From positions 1,116,001 to 1,180,000 of the forward strand of contig OX337242.1 in assembly GCA_946965045.2 (NCBI GenBank): a stretch of 64,000 nt of DNA. The letters run 5' to 3'. The stretch comes from Epithemia pelagica (taxonomy: Eukaryota; Protista; Bacillariophyta). Positions 36,229-48,922 of this stretch are shown here, in pieces. The position numbers and the translations under genes are program-made. Positions within the stretch are counted from its first letter, which is position 1. Each line of letters opens with the position of its first letter. The notes below the pieces were generated by a model. The model searched no databases, was not told where the DNA came from, and was given only the letters and a program-made list of their open reading frames with translations.

Positions 36229-37373
36229 CGAATGGTGCTCCGTGGTTGGGGTGTCATAGGTCTTTGTTGCTGCAAGGAACCAGTGGACGAACGTACTGAA
36301 GCAACAGAAGGTGGTTCCAATGATACAGAAGGAGGAGGACGACGACAACGGTCTTGAGTGTTTTGTTGCTCCAGGGGCCGTGGTCGATTGTCTCGTTGTT
36401 GTTGTTGCTGCTCCAGGGGCCGTGGTCGATTGTCTCGTTGTTGTTGTTGTTGCTCCAAGGGCCGTGGTCGATTGTCTCGTTGTTGGTGTTGCTCCAAGGG
36501 TGGTCGCCGATTCTTGTCTCGTTGTGCTAGTACGGTACTCTGTGGTCGAGATGTCACTGGTCGTCGTCGTGGCAAGGAGCGGGTTGAGGACCGTACCGAA
36601 GACGAAGAAGAAGAAACCGAGGGTGGTGTTGTAGATTCCAAAGGGGGAGGAAGAGGATGCTGTCGGTCTTGCGTTTTTGGTTGTTGTTGTTGTATGGTAC
36701 GGATGCGTTGTCGTTTTGTCCACGAAGAAGACCGTGATCGAGGTTTGGTGGTCGTTGGAAGAGTCGCACTGGTAGTGACTTTGGGCGTTGTTGTTGTTGT
36801 TGTCGTTGCGGATGCGGCGGAGGGAGCTGTGGACAAGGGGTTGGATGTGGTTCTGGTCGTGCTACTACTACTACTACCAGTCGTATCGGACGGTCGATCC
36901 GACAACATATTGGACATGGCTTGCAAGGCATTCCAAAAAAAGGATGATTTGTTGTGGTTGGGACGAGGAGAATTGGTCGTCGATTGCGTGTCGGTGGTAT
37001 CGTCCGAGGTGGAAGCTGCGGTACGACTGACCGTGGCTGTCGTACTGCTGCTGCTGCTGGAGGATCGAGGATCTGTACTGTAATACAAAGTCACCGAGCC
37101 GGCACGTGGTCGTTGTTTCCCAGAGAGTTGTCTCCAGGGAGGAACCGTGGGAGTTGGTGGGAACCGTTCGTCACCACCAACAAGAAGATGATTGCGAGAC
37201 GCTTGCAGGGAAGACGGCACATTCTGCTTGTATTGCATTCTAATGGGAAGGTAACATCGACATGATCTTGTTGTAGTGATAGATGTGATGGAAAAGCCTT
37301 GGACGACCCACAGACAGAGGGTAAATGTGGTCCAAGCAATGGCAGCCACAAGAGGAGTTCGAAAAGATACCAT
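31905..37373 (-). CDS. dnaG: Bacterial-type DNA primase DnaG, probably plastid-targeted, with long low-complexity N- and C-terminal extensions (~1820 aa)
   Basis: Signal peptide ending VQG-F. CHC2 zinc finger CPFHDDHNPS...YKCFACG, DRFRGRIMVPI, GFGGR, KYLNSPET, and Toprim VEGYLD, MGTS, LDQDEAG. Confidence 0.92.
36184..36525 (-). repeat. Coding repeats in DnaG: (CAA)n poly-Gln and ~3.5 copies of a 42-nt unit (QQQQRDNRPRPLE)
   Basis: (TTG)n on the plus strand at ~36184-36227. The unit gctccaggggccgtggtcgattgtctcgttgttgttgttgct starts at 36368, 36410 and 36452, with a partial copy at 36491. Confidence 0.9.
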
Positions 37374-38128
37374 CTTGTTTGTTCTTGCGCGCAACAAGAA
37401 GAAGGATGAACGGCTTGAACACTGCCCCCCTGATTCACACGCAACCCAGTATGTGTGAAACCAAGTGTTTAATCAAGAACGTGCCAAAGGATTCTGGTTC
37501 GAACAATGTGGTGGTGGTTGGTTTGGTCGTAGAGTTGCTGCATAGGGGGCTGTGTATGTCTCTTGGAATTGGAACGTCTGTGATTCTAGTCTTCTTTTGT
37601 TGCTTGGACGTTCGAATACACTGCAGTTGAGAACTATTCTACTTCTCTGGATTGGCGCCGTTCTGTTCGCATAGGCGCCATTGGAAGACTTCTGGCAGCG
37701 GTCTCTCTGTTGTTTGCGTTTTGGAATTTGGAATGTTTTTGTGGTTGATTGTGCGGTTCTGAGCGGATTACGGATGGGCGGCAGATGGTGGTCCATTGGG
37801 CGACTTAAACGCGATTCACATCCACTCCGGTCGCTTTACAACGCATCATCGTCTGTACGTCGCTGCTTCTTGCCCAATGTCTGTGCGCCACACAAAATCC
37901 ATCCAACGCTCCACCCAGCATTGTTCGCCTTGGGTCGCCGATAACACACACGTTTTGTGTGTCTCTTTTGCTTCCTTTGTCGGTGTGTCTCTTCTCTCTC
38001 CTTTCTCTCTCTGTTGGTGTGTCCAAAGTTGCACCGACGACAAGAGACAAAAGATTCGAAATCAACACTCGTCCTTGTGGCACACTTGATCGTCTCGCAA
38101 AAGCAATCGAAACGCATTCTCATTCACC

Positions 38129-40280
38129 ATGGCATTGCAACAACGTCTTCCATGGACAAGGGCATGGTCAATGGCCAAACGATCCGTTGCGCGATCGTCT
38201 TGGTTGGTCGGCCGCCAACCAACGACACCGCCGACGACGACACGAATGACCGCACAGTGCCGGTTCTTGTCCACGACGACGACGACAACGACGACGACAC
38301 CACCGGAACGTCCACCCAAACATGCCATGTTATCCTTGGAAGAAAAAGTCAAGGCCCCTCCCATGGTGTATATTGAGGGAGAAGAAATGACTCATTATGC
38401 CTCCAACTTGATTGTCCAAACCTGGTTGGAACCCTATTTTGATTTGTCGGCATGGGAACGCTATGACCTGAGCTGTACCAATCGCGATGCCACCAACGAT
38501 CAAGTCTTGCAAGATGCCGTCGAAGCCGGCAAACGGGTGGGTGCCATTTTCAAGGAACCCACCATTACACCCACGGCCGAACAAATGCAATCCATGGGCT
38601 TGACCCGATCCTTTGGATCGCCCAATGGTGCCATGCGACGAGGATGGAATGGGATTACCATTTCTCGTGATACCATTCATATTGAAGGAGTCGAACTGGG
38701 ATACAAAAATCCCGTCTTGTTTGAGCGACATGCCGTGGGTGGTGAATATGGAGCCGGATGGAATAAAGTCGGAGAAGGAACCTTGTTGACTACCTTTATG
38801 CCCAAGGATGGATCGCCGCCCTTTATTGTGGATAAGCGAGATTTGAAAGATGATCATAATGTTGTCGTCGTCTATGATGTAAGTGTTTGTTCTTGTTGTT
38901 GTTGTTGTTGTTGTTGTTTGTCGGTAGCTTGGCATGAGTGTTTCGGTTCCAGTGCCCTTGCACGAAACTGTGCCTCCTTGTCGATCTTGTCGTCATTGGA
39001 TTGGATAGGGATGAAACAGGAACCTGTGAAATCTTCGTCGGTTCGTATAATGCACACGCAGTCTCATTCAGTCGGTGGCTCTTCTTGTGTGTGTTTTGCC
39101 TCCTTGGAATCATAGAATCCCTACGACAATGTGGTGGATCTGGCACACTTGTTTTTTCAACGATGTTTGGATGGGAATGTGACACCCTATATTGTTACCA
39201 AAAAGACAGTCTTTAAGTGGCAAGAAGGCTTTTGGGCCACCATGAAACAAGTATTTGATGACGAATATCATGAAAAATTTGAAAAGGCGGGATTGTTGGA
39301 ACGATGTGGAGGCAAATTGCAACACTTGATTTCCGATGCCGCCACGATGCAATTGATTCGATGGACCGATGGAGGATTTGGAATGGCGGCACACAATTAC
39401 GATGGTACGTATGGAGGGGATGCCCCCCTGTCTGGAGTAGTACGCCTTGCTTGTCTCTCTCTCTCTCTAACGCGATAGTTCGTTTCATCTTGCCGTTTAC
39501 AGGAGATATGTGTACGTCTGCAAGAAGCATGATAAAGACACGACAATAGATAATTTGGTAATATGCATTCACACTCTAACCCTTTGCTCGCTTTTGTTTT
39601 CTTTTGAATGGACATTTTGGAATCACTCAGTGACGGATCAAATTGCTCAAGTTCATCGTTCACCCGGTTTCATCACGAGTAACTTGGTTGGAAAGAATGA
39701 AGACGGTAGTTTGATTAAAGAGTTTGAAGCATCTCATGGTACCGTAAGTGATTTGTGGCAAGACCACTTGGTAGGAAAGGAAACCTCCCTCAATCCATTG
39801 GGTATGGTGGAGGCCATGATTGGAGCCATGAGACATTCGGCCGTGTTGAATGTGGAACGCAACAATGGCACCGACGTGGAAAGTGCTACCGTTGTGAAGG
39901 ACCAAATCTTCAACTACACGGAAACCTTGCGAACCGCCTTGCACAACACCTTTCGTTATGGACAAGGTACCCGTGATATGAGTGGCCCCGCAGGCTTTAC
40001 GACCGAAAACTTTATTGCCAAGGTGGGGTGGCGGTTGAATCGGTACTTGGCGGCACAATACGAAGAAACACCACCGCCCAGTCTCAATGAACCCAGTCCC
40101 AAGTTTCGACGCAATTACGACATTGACGAAGAGGAGGTGGCCCGATTGTTTGCACGATTTGATACCAATCGTGATGGGTACATTGACTATGAAGAATTCA
40201 CCCGCATGCTCATCAAAATGAATGTTGCACCTCATCAATCGTCCAAAATGGCGCCGTACGAAAAGCAACCCGATGTGTAA
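38129..40280 (+). CDS. idh: Mitochondrial type-II (homodimeric) isocitrate dehydrogenase with C-terminal EF-hand; introns 38879-39115, 39405-39502, 39512-39630, and a 9-nt exon at 39503-39511
   Basis: Motifs GEEMT, TITPT, SPNGAMRRGWNG, RHAVGGEY, reconstructed HNYDGDMLTDQIAQ, EASHGTV, NPLG and DTNRDGYIDYEEF. Confidence 0.93.
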
Positions 40281-40694
40281 ACAACATACTAAGGACTACA
40301 CTGTACTGGGAAAATGCGCAGTTTGATATAGAACAAACATTGTATCCATAGGATCAAACATATGTATCCATAGTATGGAGTACCGTGTGATGAAGAAGCC
40401 TCTTTAGCAAGGATGACAAAGATTCTTCCCAGAACGCCTCACATTCAAAGGGAGTTTGAATGCGGCTTCGAAGGGCAAATCTAGTCGTCCAACGTAGATG
40501 ACATGTTGACTAGGAGTACTACGCATGGATAACTTCCATTGTACTAATAATTCCCTGAATTCATCACTACAGCTATATTCCTTTTCTCACTTCCTTTCGC
40601 ATAAACCGTAATATCGTTTGTACAAATCCTGCCCCAGAAACACCACAGCACGTCTCATGTCGCACGTCATCTCTCTCGATCTTGAATGATTTGC

Positions 40695-43600
40695 TTAGCC
40701 AGGCAAGTTCTTCCTCTTTTTCTTCGCACGCTTGGGACCAACTTTTGCCAAGAGCCACGCCGGGGAGAAATGTTTCGGCATGCCTTTCGTATTGTAGATT
40801 CGGCCGCCAAAATCGATGCACGTGTAATATTGATTGAGCGCATCTTCGATTTCCTTGGTTCCTTTCCATGGAACAGTGTTGCGAATGTAGTCCAACACTT
40901 CCAAAGGGCTTCCAAATTCCATTTGACCCTCTGGTTCCTTTGAACTATCTTGTTTGGCCTCATTCTTGGCATCTGGAGTATATGCTGGATGAGACAATGG
41001 GATCGTCTCACTCATACCACCATCAATACCAGAAATGCGCATCGTCCGAAGGCGATCCCATAGCTTCAAAAAGTAAGCTTGCTGGGTTCCTGAAGGCAGA
41101 TGTTTCCTCTGTTCATGATGACTCATCTTGGATGTAGAGATTGCCTTTTTGATATTGGAGGGAACATGAGGACACTTAGCAAAATGCTTTTCGAATACTG
41201 TACCCAATGTTGTAAGGCTTTCAATTGTGGTGAAGAAATAGCGACCTTCGCCGTTTCGTCCCATGCAATGACGACAAACTGCACCCGGGTACCCGACATG
41301 AATCTTCCGATGTTTCCGCTTAGTATCCTCATCAGTTGCACGACAGGCCACAACTTGCTCCATGACTGTAACAACAAAGTCTGACAACACTTTCTTATCT
41401 TCCTCCCATATGACTTCAACTAGTTCGTCGGTCCTCCCAGAGGTAGAAGCGATCACACGGGATGACTGGTGTAGGCGATTCACAAGATTAGAAGAAAACT
41501 GTCTGTCATTAACAGCATACTCTTCCAAGGGAGGTAGTATTTGCTGTGGGAAGATATTGTTGCATTTATCAGTGCAGAACGCAATGAGATCATGGGCAAT
41601 CTGAAGAACATCATTGATTTCTTGAAGCTCTAATTTCGATTGAGTGAGCAAGTTTGGCAGCACCAAAAGGAACTGCATAAAGACGTCGACAGAGCACGAT
41701 TGTCTCGGAGACTTGGCGTCGTCTATTTTGATTCCACTGGTTTCGTGGTACAAAGAATGGGCAAGCTTGTCAAAGCAATCAAGGACAAATTCGATGGTCT
41801 CCTTTGCTGTGGTATAGAAAGGCTTCTTATCACCTCCGAAACTCTCTTCCAAGAACATGTTCACAATGTCCGAGACATGCAGAAACTTCTTCTTGGATTT
41901 TGTTTTCTTTCCCTTAGATGGCTGTTCGCTACTAGTTGTTCCAGGTAACGGTTTCGAAGCAAGAAACAAGCGCTTTGTCAATTTTGGCAAAGTGCCCAGT
42001 CCAAGCTGATTGACGGCTCGAGCGAGATCATGTCTTCTTCGATCGCGCTGTTGCTTCGCCAACTTGGCCAACTTTCCATGTCTTTGGTGTTCGCCCTTCC
42101 ACTGAGGAACAATGAACTTTACGTCAAATGGGTATTTTGCGATCTCAACTTTCCACCCAAATTCACTCAATGTTGGCCACACAATTCCCAAGAAAAACTG
42201 ATACGATTGTGGTTGATACTGTTTCACCGGAAGACTAGACACACGATAAGGAAACTTCCCTTGCAGCGGAAACTTGTAATCAATACCAATGAGCTCTTCA
42301 CTTTTCGCCAGTGCTTTGATAGCTCCGATGAGCTCCTCGTGGGGGAAATCAGTTTCATCGAACAGCACCTGACACGCATTTAAAATCTTGAACTCAATTT
42401 GAAGAAGAAACTGTTTATACCAGTCAGTCGCGACTCGATCTCTCTTGTCCTTCATCTCTATCAACTTGACCTCAACGGCGTTTCCCCCCTCTGCGGTACA
42501 AAACACAACATTATCGTTTGCGGAATGTTGATCAGAAGCTAACGGCGATACCTTGAAAGACCAACGGTTCAAATCATCATCCTCTCGGAGGTTCAACGAG
42601 TTAATTGCTTCATACTCATCAAGTAGGGCTTTCTTGACTCCAGGTGCTTCGTTTGACTCTACCTGGGCAACCGATAATACATGTCTTTCAAAGTGCTCCA
42701 AAGCAAGATCGCACCATCCTTCTCTCCGAGCAGACCCACACACACTGTCAAGGTCAAGAAGGCTGAGAATACTACGGCGGATCTCTTCCTTCTTCATCGC
42801 TCTTATCATGTTTTGAACTTTGGGTGGTATTTCTTCTCCAGTGAGCGGATGATTGCTTCCAAAACGTAGACTATCGCGCTGCTTCATTTCCCCCACAGTC
42901 CGGCAAGGAGCTAGATGGAACAAATGGCACGACAACCAATGGGTCCTACAGAGCAATCGTACTGATGACAACAATTGCGTTTTCAGTTCGTCGCTGATCT
43001 CCTCCTCCTTCACAGCCGAACACTTGTCAACAAGGCTGTCCAAACCAATATTTTGGACTTGATTAGACAGGTGAACGATAAGTTTCCGAACGTCACCCCT
43101 TGATAAGACCTGCAATGCATCAACAAGAAGTTGCTGCGAAGAGAACTGATTATTCTCAAAGCGTTTGGAACCGAAAACCTCATCAAGGGAGGGGAAGAAA
43201 ACCGGTACAGTTTGGCCTGCCTCCATCGTGTCGACAACACAGAATAGGTACTGACATGACGCCACACTTGTCCGACGAACAATGATGTTCGACATTGGCA
43301 AGGAATCCTGGTTCGCTAGGAGATCCGACCCTCCCGGCGTGTCATTGAGAAACGACTGGATCATGGCCTTGACCAAAGATAAGTCTTGATCAACAAGGGG
43401 TCGGACTCCATATTTCCCCAGTTCAAGCAAACCACCGCCGTTGCGAGAAGAATCAAAAGATGCCCGGAAATCAACGCTGCGGTCACTAGAACGATTGAGT
43501 GGAGTGTCCTGAAGGATGTGGATTTTGCCCTCTACACCGCTACCCTCGACATCAATAAAATCATCAGCATCAAGCTGCAATTGCTCTAACGCTATAGGGG

Positions 43601-46384
43601 AAGCACCTTTAAACGTCAAGAAGACATCTTTGTCCCTCTTCGAACTGTCCACAGAGTTGCGGAGTGAAAGGTCAAACCGAAATTGCAGTGGGGAATCTAA
43701 ACATAGCGCGCATGCTCTGTGAGAGAAAAAAGAAATAGTGAACCAACATGCTGACTACTAACGTGACTTGCCCTTCCTGCTTCTCGTCTGTACCCCAAAC
43801 ACACGACGCTGTGGGCTAAAAGGAACTTCGTTGTCATCCAAAGAGTCCTTTTCGGAAGTTTTCATTGTTTTCTGTTTACTTTGTTTCACCGGCTGTTCCG
43901 GCTTGGTAGGGGCAAATTTGTCCGGAGGTTCCATTTCAGCCACTTCGTCCCACCCCATGTTCTTACAGTACTTTCTACAGTTAGCCTTCCACCCGCTTAC
44001 CGAAGCGATCCTATAGCGCCGGAGATGTGATGTCAGAGTACCGCACCAACGACGAGCCGGGAATAAGATACAAATGCGTTACTTACGATCCAAGTCCTTT
44101 CAACTCACTGCAGAACGGGTTAGAGCAAACGAGAGTCACTTATGTGAGGTATACTGTGATATCCATCTTCACACACAAAGAAAACTTACGCCATGCCTTC
44201 CGTTTTTCGAAATGTCACAAATTCCGATGCGATATCCGTCGTTCGACTAGTCAGAAACTGCTCTGCGTTCGTGATCCCAATGCCTCTGAGGAACTTCTTC
44301 GTGATAGCACTTAGAAGTTCGAAAGGATCTTCTACATCCTGTGTGCTCTCCGGCTTCAGTACTTTGTGATGAGATTTAGTTTTTTTCGATTTCGGCGAGC
44401 TTGGGGTTGGCTTTTCTTTCTCCTCTCTCGCTTCGCTGTCCCTTTTCTTCTTTTCCACACTTTTGGCTTTCTTCCGGGGAGGAGCGTACTCGTCGGTTAT
44501 GTTTAACTTCTCTTTCAAAGATTTGATCCATTTCTCGACCAAAGCTTTGGACTCTTCTTCTTGATCTACCAAACCGGCAGCTACCATTTCAGAAGCCAAA
44601 GATTCTCGGTCCTCTTCGTCGGCTTCGAGCAACTGCGCAGTCGTGTGAATATGGACGGAAGCAAGTACGTCTGTTTCTTCTTCCCCCAACATTTCGTCAA
44701 GGAAGAGCTTTGAGTGCAAGTCGTAATCAGACTGCCGCCTGGCTGAAGAAAGACGTTTCTTAGCCTTTTCCATGCTCTCTCTCGCAGCGATTCGGGCTGG
44801 AGGAGTCGCTTCTTCTAGCTTCAAAGCCAGTGGTTCCATGAGAGCATGACTGACTGCATGAGAAGGTCTACTAGCCGTCGAGGCCACATGCTTTTTATGA
44901 GATATCGGGGCACCATTCGGACCTCCTGGAATATCGGCCAGAACAATTCCTTCAAGATCACCCCCCACCAATACTTTCCCAACACCCGCCTCCACTTCAA
45001 GAACCTCTTTGGCAGTGGCTTTCCAGCCAGATATCATGGCAACTTTTCCAGAACCCTTCAAGGGTACAAAACCTTTCTTTTCACGCCAATCGGCTAACGC
45101 AAGAGAAAGGTCCTTCGTTCTCGTATGAATGAAGTCGAATGCTGTCAAAAGCTTCTGGTCTTCCACGAGGAATTCCCGCGCAGCTCCCGTCATGACAATG
45201 ATTGGATCCATCATCCAGTGACGCTTGTCTTCCTCAACAGGAGGGATCGCCGACAGCGCAGTTTCGATACGCGCATTGACACCGAGCAAATACTTTGCAA
45301 TGCCCAAGTGGGTCACAGGAGGAAGACCGCATTTTGTCCTCCATGTCAAGAGGATTTCACAGATAGCACCTGTCTCGGTTTTCTTTAGCGCCATAAACGA
45401 CAACAAAGTCTTGATATCCACCGTTTCGAGGAAGTTGCGGACCGTTCGGGTCAGAAGAGCCGTCATAGCACCTGATAACGAGAAACTTTCTTGGACCGAA
45501 AGCGAAGATTTCTCAGGTGCATTGCTCAACTTATCGTTCCATTCACGGAGTTTCGCTTCAGCTGCAGCGCGCCGAGTTTCCCCAGCTTCAGGACCTTCAT
45601 CAGCCGTAGCATTCTTCTCGGACGGTTTTGGATCTACGTCTATCGCTTCTCCAGTTTCTGCATCATTTTGATTATCTACGTCCATCTTGACTGCGTCGGT
45701 GCCAGCCTGAGGACCAACAATGTCACTGGTTTCAATTCTTGAAAGGATATCTTCTCGACTGAGGAAGCTACCACCTGTCTGTCCTTCCGGGGGAGATACT
45801 TCTCCAGAGGCTTGCTTGAGAAGGTACTTTAGTTGCTCATGCGTGAAGACCCAGAACTTCCTTCCTAGGAAGAGACAATCCTTCTCTGTGAGAGTGTCTG
45901 CCAGGTCTCGTTTGCCATTGAGAAAATTCATTGCCAGATCAGACTCTTTCTTAGCGACCAGCACTTTCTTCATGGGCTTGGAGCTTTTCTTCTTGGACGA
46001 TGTCGGTTTCTCATTCGTCGACTCAATGACAGTGGCGTGAAGCACATGTTCCGCATTTGCATGTTCGTCCGACTCCGGAGGATTGGCAGCCACTGCCGCC
46101 GCTTCCTCAATAATCGCGTTGGTAAGTTCTTCAGCGCTCGGCGGATCGGCGGCTTCGACTGGATTCATGTTCGTTGGCCCAACATCGTCTTCATCCACCA
46201 CTTTCTTGACACCCAACCCCGATTCTTCGTCAACCGCAAAATCGTTGCCTTCAGGTGCATCGCCTGGTTTCGTACCCACAGCTTCTTTCGGAGCACTTTC
46301 CGTTTTATCCTCCATAGATTCTTCTTTCGTCAAAGCGTTAGCTTCCTCCATCGAAGGATTGCTGGGATCAGCAGACTCGTCCAT
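40695..46384 (-). CDS. Large multi-exon protein of unknown function (~1800 aa if joined): internal repeats plus C-terminal Cys/His motif; introns 44108-44189, 44011-44086 and probably ~43697-43762
   Basis: Canonical splices through a 21-nt exon (44087-44107) give EGMA-ELKGLGS-IASVSGWK, which matches the upstream repeat PLKGSGKVAMISGWK. The join to the 985-aa ORF is in frame but less certain. C-terminal motif: YPGAVCRHC...GRYF...HFAKC...H. The true 5' end is uncertain (acceptor-like site near 46417). Confidence 0.65.
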
Positions 46385-47253
46385 CGCGTATCCTTTCAAA
46401 CCAAGCTCTTCTTTTTCTGGGAAACACAAGGACAAAAACAAGAACGTGAATAATCATCATCAAAATCGATCTTCATCGGACACAACATGTCTTTGGGGTA
46501 GCTTGGAATGAAACGATGTGTGGTGAAGCAACAAACGAGAAGTAATCCGCGATTCGCAACGGACAAGAGTACGACATTCAATGGTCGCCTTCCACCATGG
46601 CAGCCAACAGCAACGTGATGGCGAACGTCCACAAACAAAGATGCCATTCACTTTTTTCTTTCGACAACATAGGATCCTCTTGTTGCCATTGAGAAACACG
46701 TAGATTTTGTACGGCACCATAGCTGGCTAGGTTCACTACCGAACCTATGAGGCCCCAACATGGAAAGGATGAAAGACTTTTCCGCAAAAAAACTCTCACA
46801 TAAACTTCACTTCTGTGAACATTTCTTTTCTTCTCAATCAAAACCATTCTAACAAGGACAAACAGCGTCATGGAATCCCATGGTCCACTTACTCTTGAGG
46901 AAGTTTCTTTTGCTGCTCGAGTCAAAATGCACTTTATAACGTTTCTGCGGGGCTTCTACTGATGGTGCTACGGCTACGGGAACTACCGTACCTACGAATT
47001 TCTACGCGGTGCCTCTACCTAAAGCTACGGACGATAGGTGGAGGCGGAGCAAGGAGGGAAGGAGCAGCAGGAGCGCCGGCTGTCTGTCGCCAATGCTACT
47101 TCGAAAAGGGACAGTACATATCAGTGTGATCCATTGTGTACCCGAAATCCATTTAGAAGCCTGACGTCATATTTTGTCTTTTGTTCAACAACAATGTGAC
47201 AACCTCCACATTTCCTCCAATCCAAATAATTTATCCCTCCTCCGAAGGGAAAA

Positions 47254-48495
47254 ATGAAGCACCGACGGGTGGAGACTTTGCTTCTTTGGCTCTGTTTGTT
47301 GGGAGCCCAGGTATACGTATCGGAATCATTCACGGTCGGGGAGCTTTCCAGTCCACAGGGACAGCCATTGCGTGAATCGAGGGCGATCCGTAGAAACTCG
47401 GGAAGCCCAGAGCCGTCCCAATCCTCATCCTCGGTTTGCCTGCACAACAAGTTGACGGGCAGTGATGATCCGAATACTATCATCACTTCAGGCGATGACG
47501 GAACTTCGTGCTGGAATCCGAGACTTCGTCGAGTCATGGGAGGGATCGCTGCTTGTGGAGCGGTCGAGACGGCCTACTTGACGTGGAGCAAGTTGAGCAA
47601 CAACAACGACAACCTGCTCTTGTGTGGTGCCCCCACGGGGGCCAGCAGCTCGGGCTGTTCGAGTGTGTTGGACAGTTCGTATGCGTTGGTCCCAGGGACC
47701 GAGATCCCCTTGTCCCTGCTGGGATTTATTGCGTACTCTACTGTGGCTTTCTTGGCGCTTGTTCCTGCTCTGTCATCCACCAAACTTGGTGACGAGGACG
47801 AACTGGAGAACCGACTGCTATTGGCAGCTCTGTCCACAACCATGGGTATTTTCTCAGTGTTTCTAATGGGAATATTGTTTGGAGTCTTGAAAGAGCCTTG
47901 CCCATTTTGCGTGGCGTCGGCAGCGTTTTCGATTACCTTGGCCAAACTTTCTTGGATAGGAGGAGCTGTTCCTTCGGGAAGGATAAAGCAAGGGATCCAA
48001 TGGTCGGCGACGGGAGGTGGGCTCGCATCGTTGGCGGCGTCACTTATTTTCTTCAGCGCTATTCCCGATACAGTATCGTCGGATTCGACTTCTGTCGGAT
48101 GGCTATCACAACAGAGTGGAACTACGTTACTGGCTAGCAGTACGACTTCGTCCGACTCATCGAACGATGTTGGAAAGTCGCCGCCGCCCATTCTCAGTTC
48201 CTCTTCGGTACGAGCATTGGATATTTCAAAGGATCTGCAAGCTCGAAACGCTCGCATGTTTGGAGCGTATTGGTGTTCCCATTGCTACGATCAAAAAGAA
48301 CGTCTGGGCAAAGAGGCAATGTCACAGATCCCCTACGTGGAATGTAGTCGTGAAGGGATGCAATCTCAAGCAGCACTCTGCAAACAACGAGACGTCCCGG
48401 GGTACCCCACTTGGGAGATTAACGGAAAGTTATATCCTGGAGAAAAGGAATTGGATGAATTGGAAGAGATCATCCGTGATTCACCGCGCTCATAG
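47254..48495 (+). CDS. Thylakoid VKOR plus thioredoxin-like protein (LTO1-like)
   Basis: Signal and transit peptide, VKOR loop cysteines (LLCG...GCSSVLDSSYA), CPFC, and C-terminal Trx-like YWCSHC...CSREG...C...VPGYPTW. Confidence 0.93.
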   Translation: MKHRRVETLLLWLCLLGAQVYVSESFTVGELSSPQGQPLRESRAIRRNSGSPEPSQSSSSVCLHNKLTGSDDPNTIITSGDDGTSCWNPRLRRVMGGIAACGAVETAYLTWSKLSNNNDNLLLCGAPTGASSSGCSSVLDSSYALVPGTEIPLSLLGFIAYSTVAFLALVPALSSTKLGDEDELENRLLLAALSTTMGIFSVFLMGILFGVLKEPCPFCVASAAFSITLAKLSWIGGAVPSGRIKQGIQWSATGGGLASLAASLIFFSAIPDTVSSDSTSVGWLSQQSGTTLLASSTTSSDSSNDVGKSPPPILSSSSVRALDISKDLQARNARMFGAYWCSHCYDQKERLGKEAMSQIPYVECSREGMQSQAALCKQRDVPGYPTWEINGKLYPGEKELDELEEIIRDSPRS

Positions 48496-48922
48496 AGAAC
48501 GAAACCATACACAGAATTACCTAGCTGCTTTGCGGAATTTTGGAGCATTCCTATGTACTCCTAGAACAAGAATTGAAGACATAATATACTTTCAAAAGTT
48601 AGATTTGTCATGAATTGAAAGAGACGTGCCGCATATTTTCAGGAAAGGCTTAGAAACTTCGTACAAAAGTTCCGTCATTGTGAAGAAGTCCTACAACTAC
48701 AACTGATTCTGTATTAGAAACATGAACGCACGAGATTGACGCATGAAATCCTGTTGTATTTCTTCTATTCTCTTCAGCAATTTAGTAGTGTAATTAGACA
48801 ACACATCCTCCTTCTCGATCCTAATCAGTTTCGAAGACTGGGTAGGTACTAAGAGTACGGATGTATTCTGGCTCATACTGGTCGAACCATAGCTTTTCTC
48901 CTCGCTTTGGATTTCATCATAA

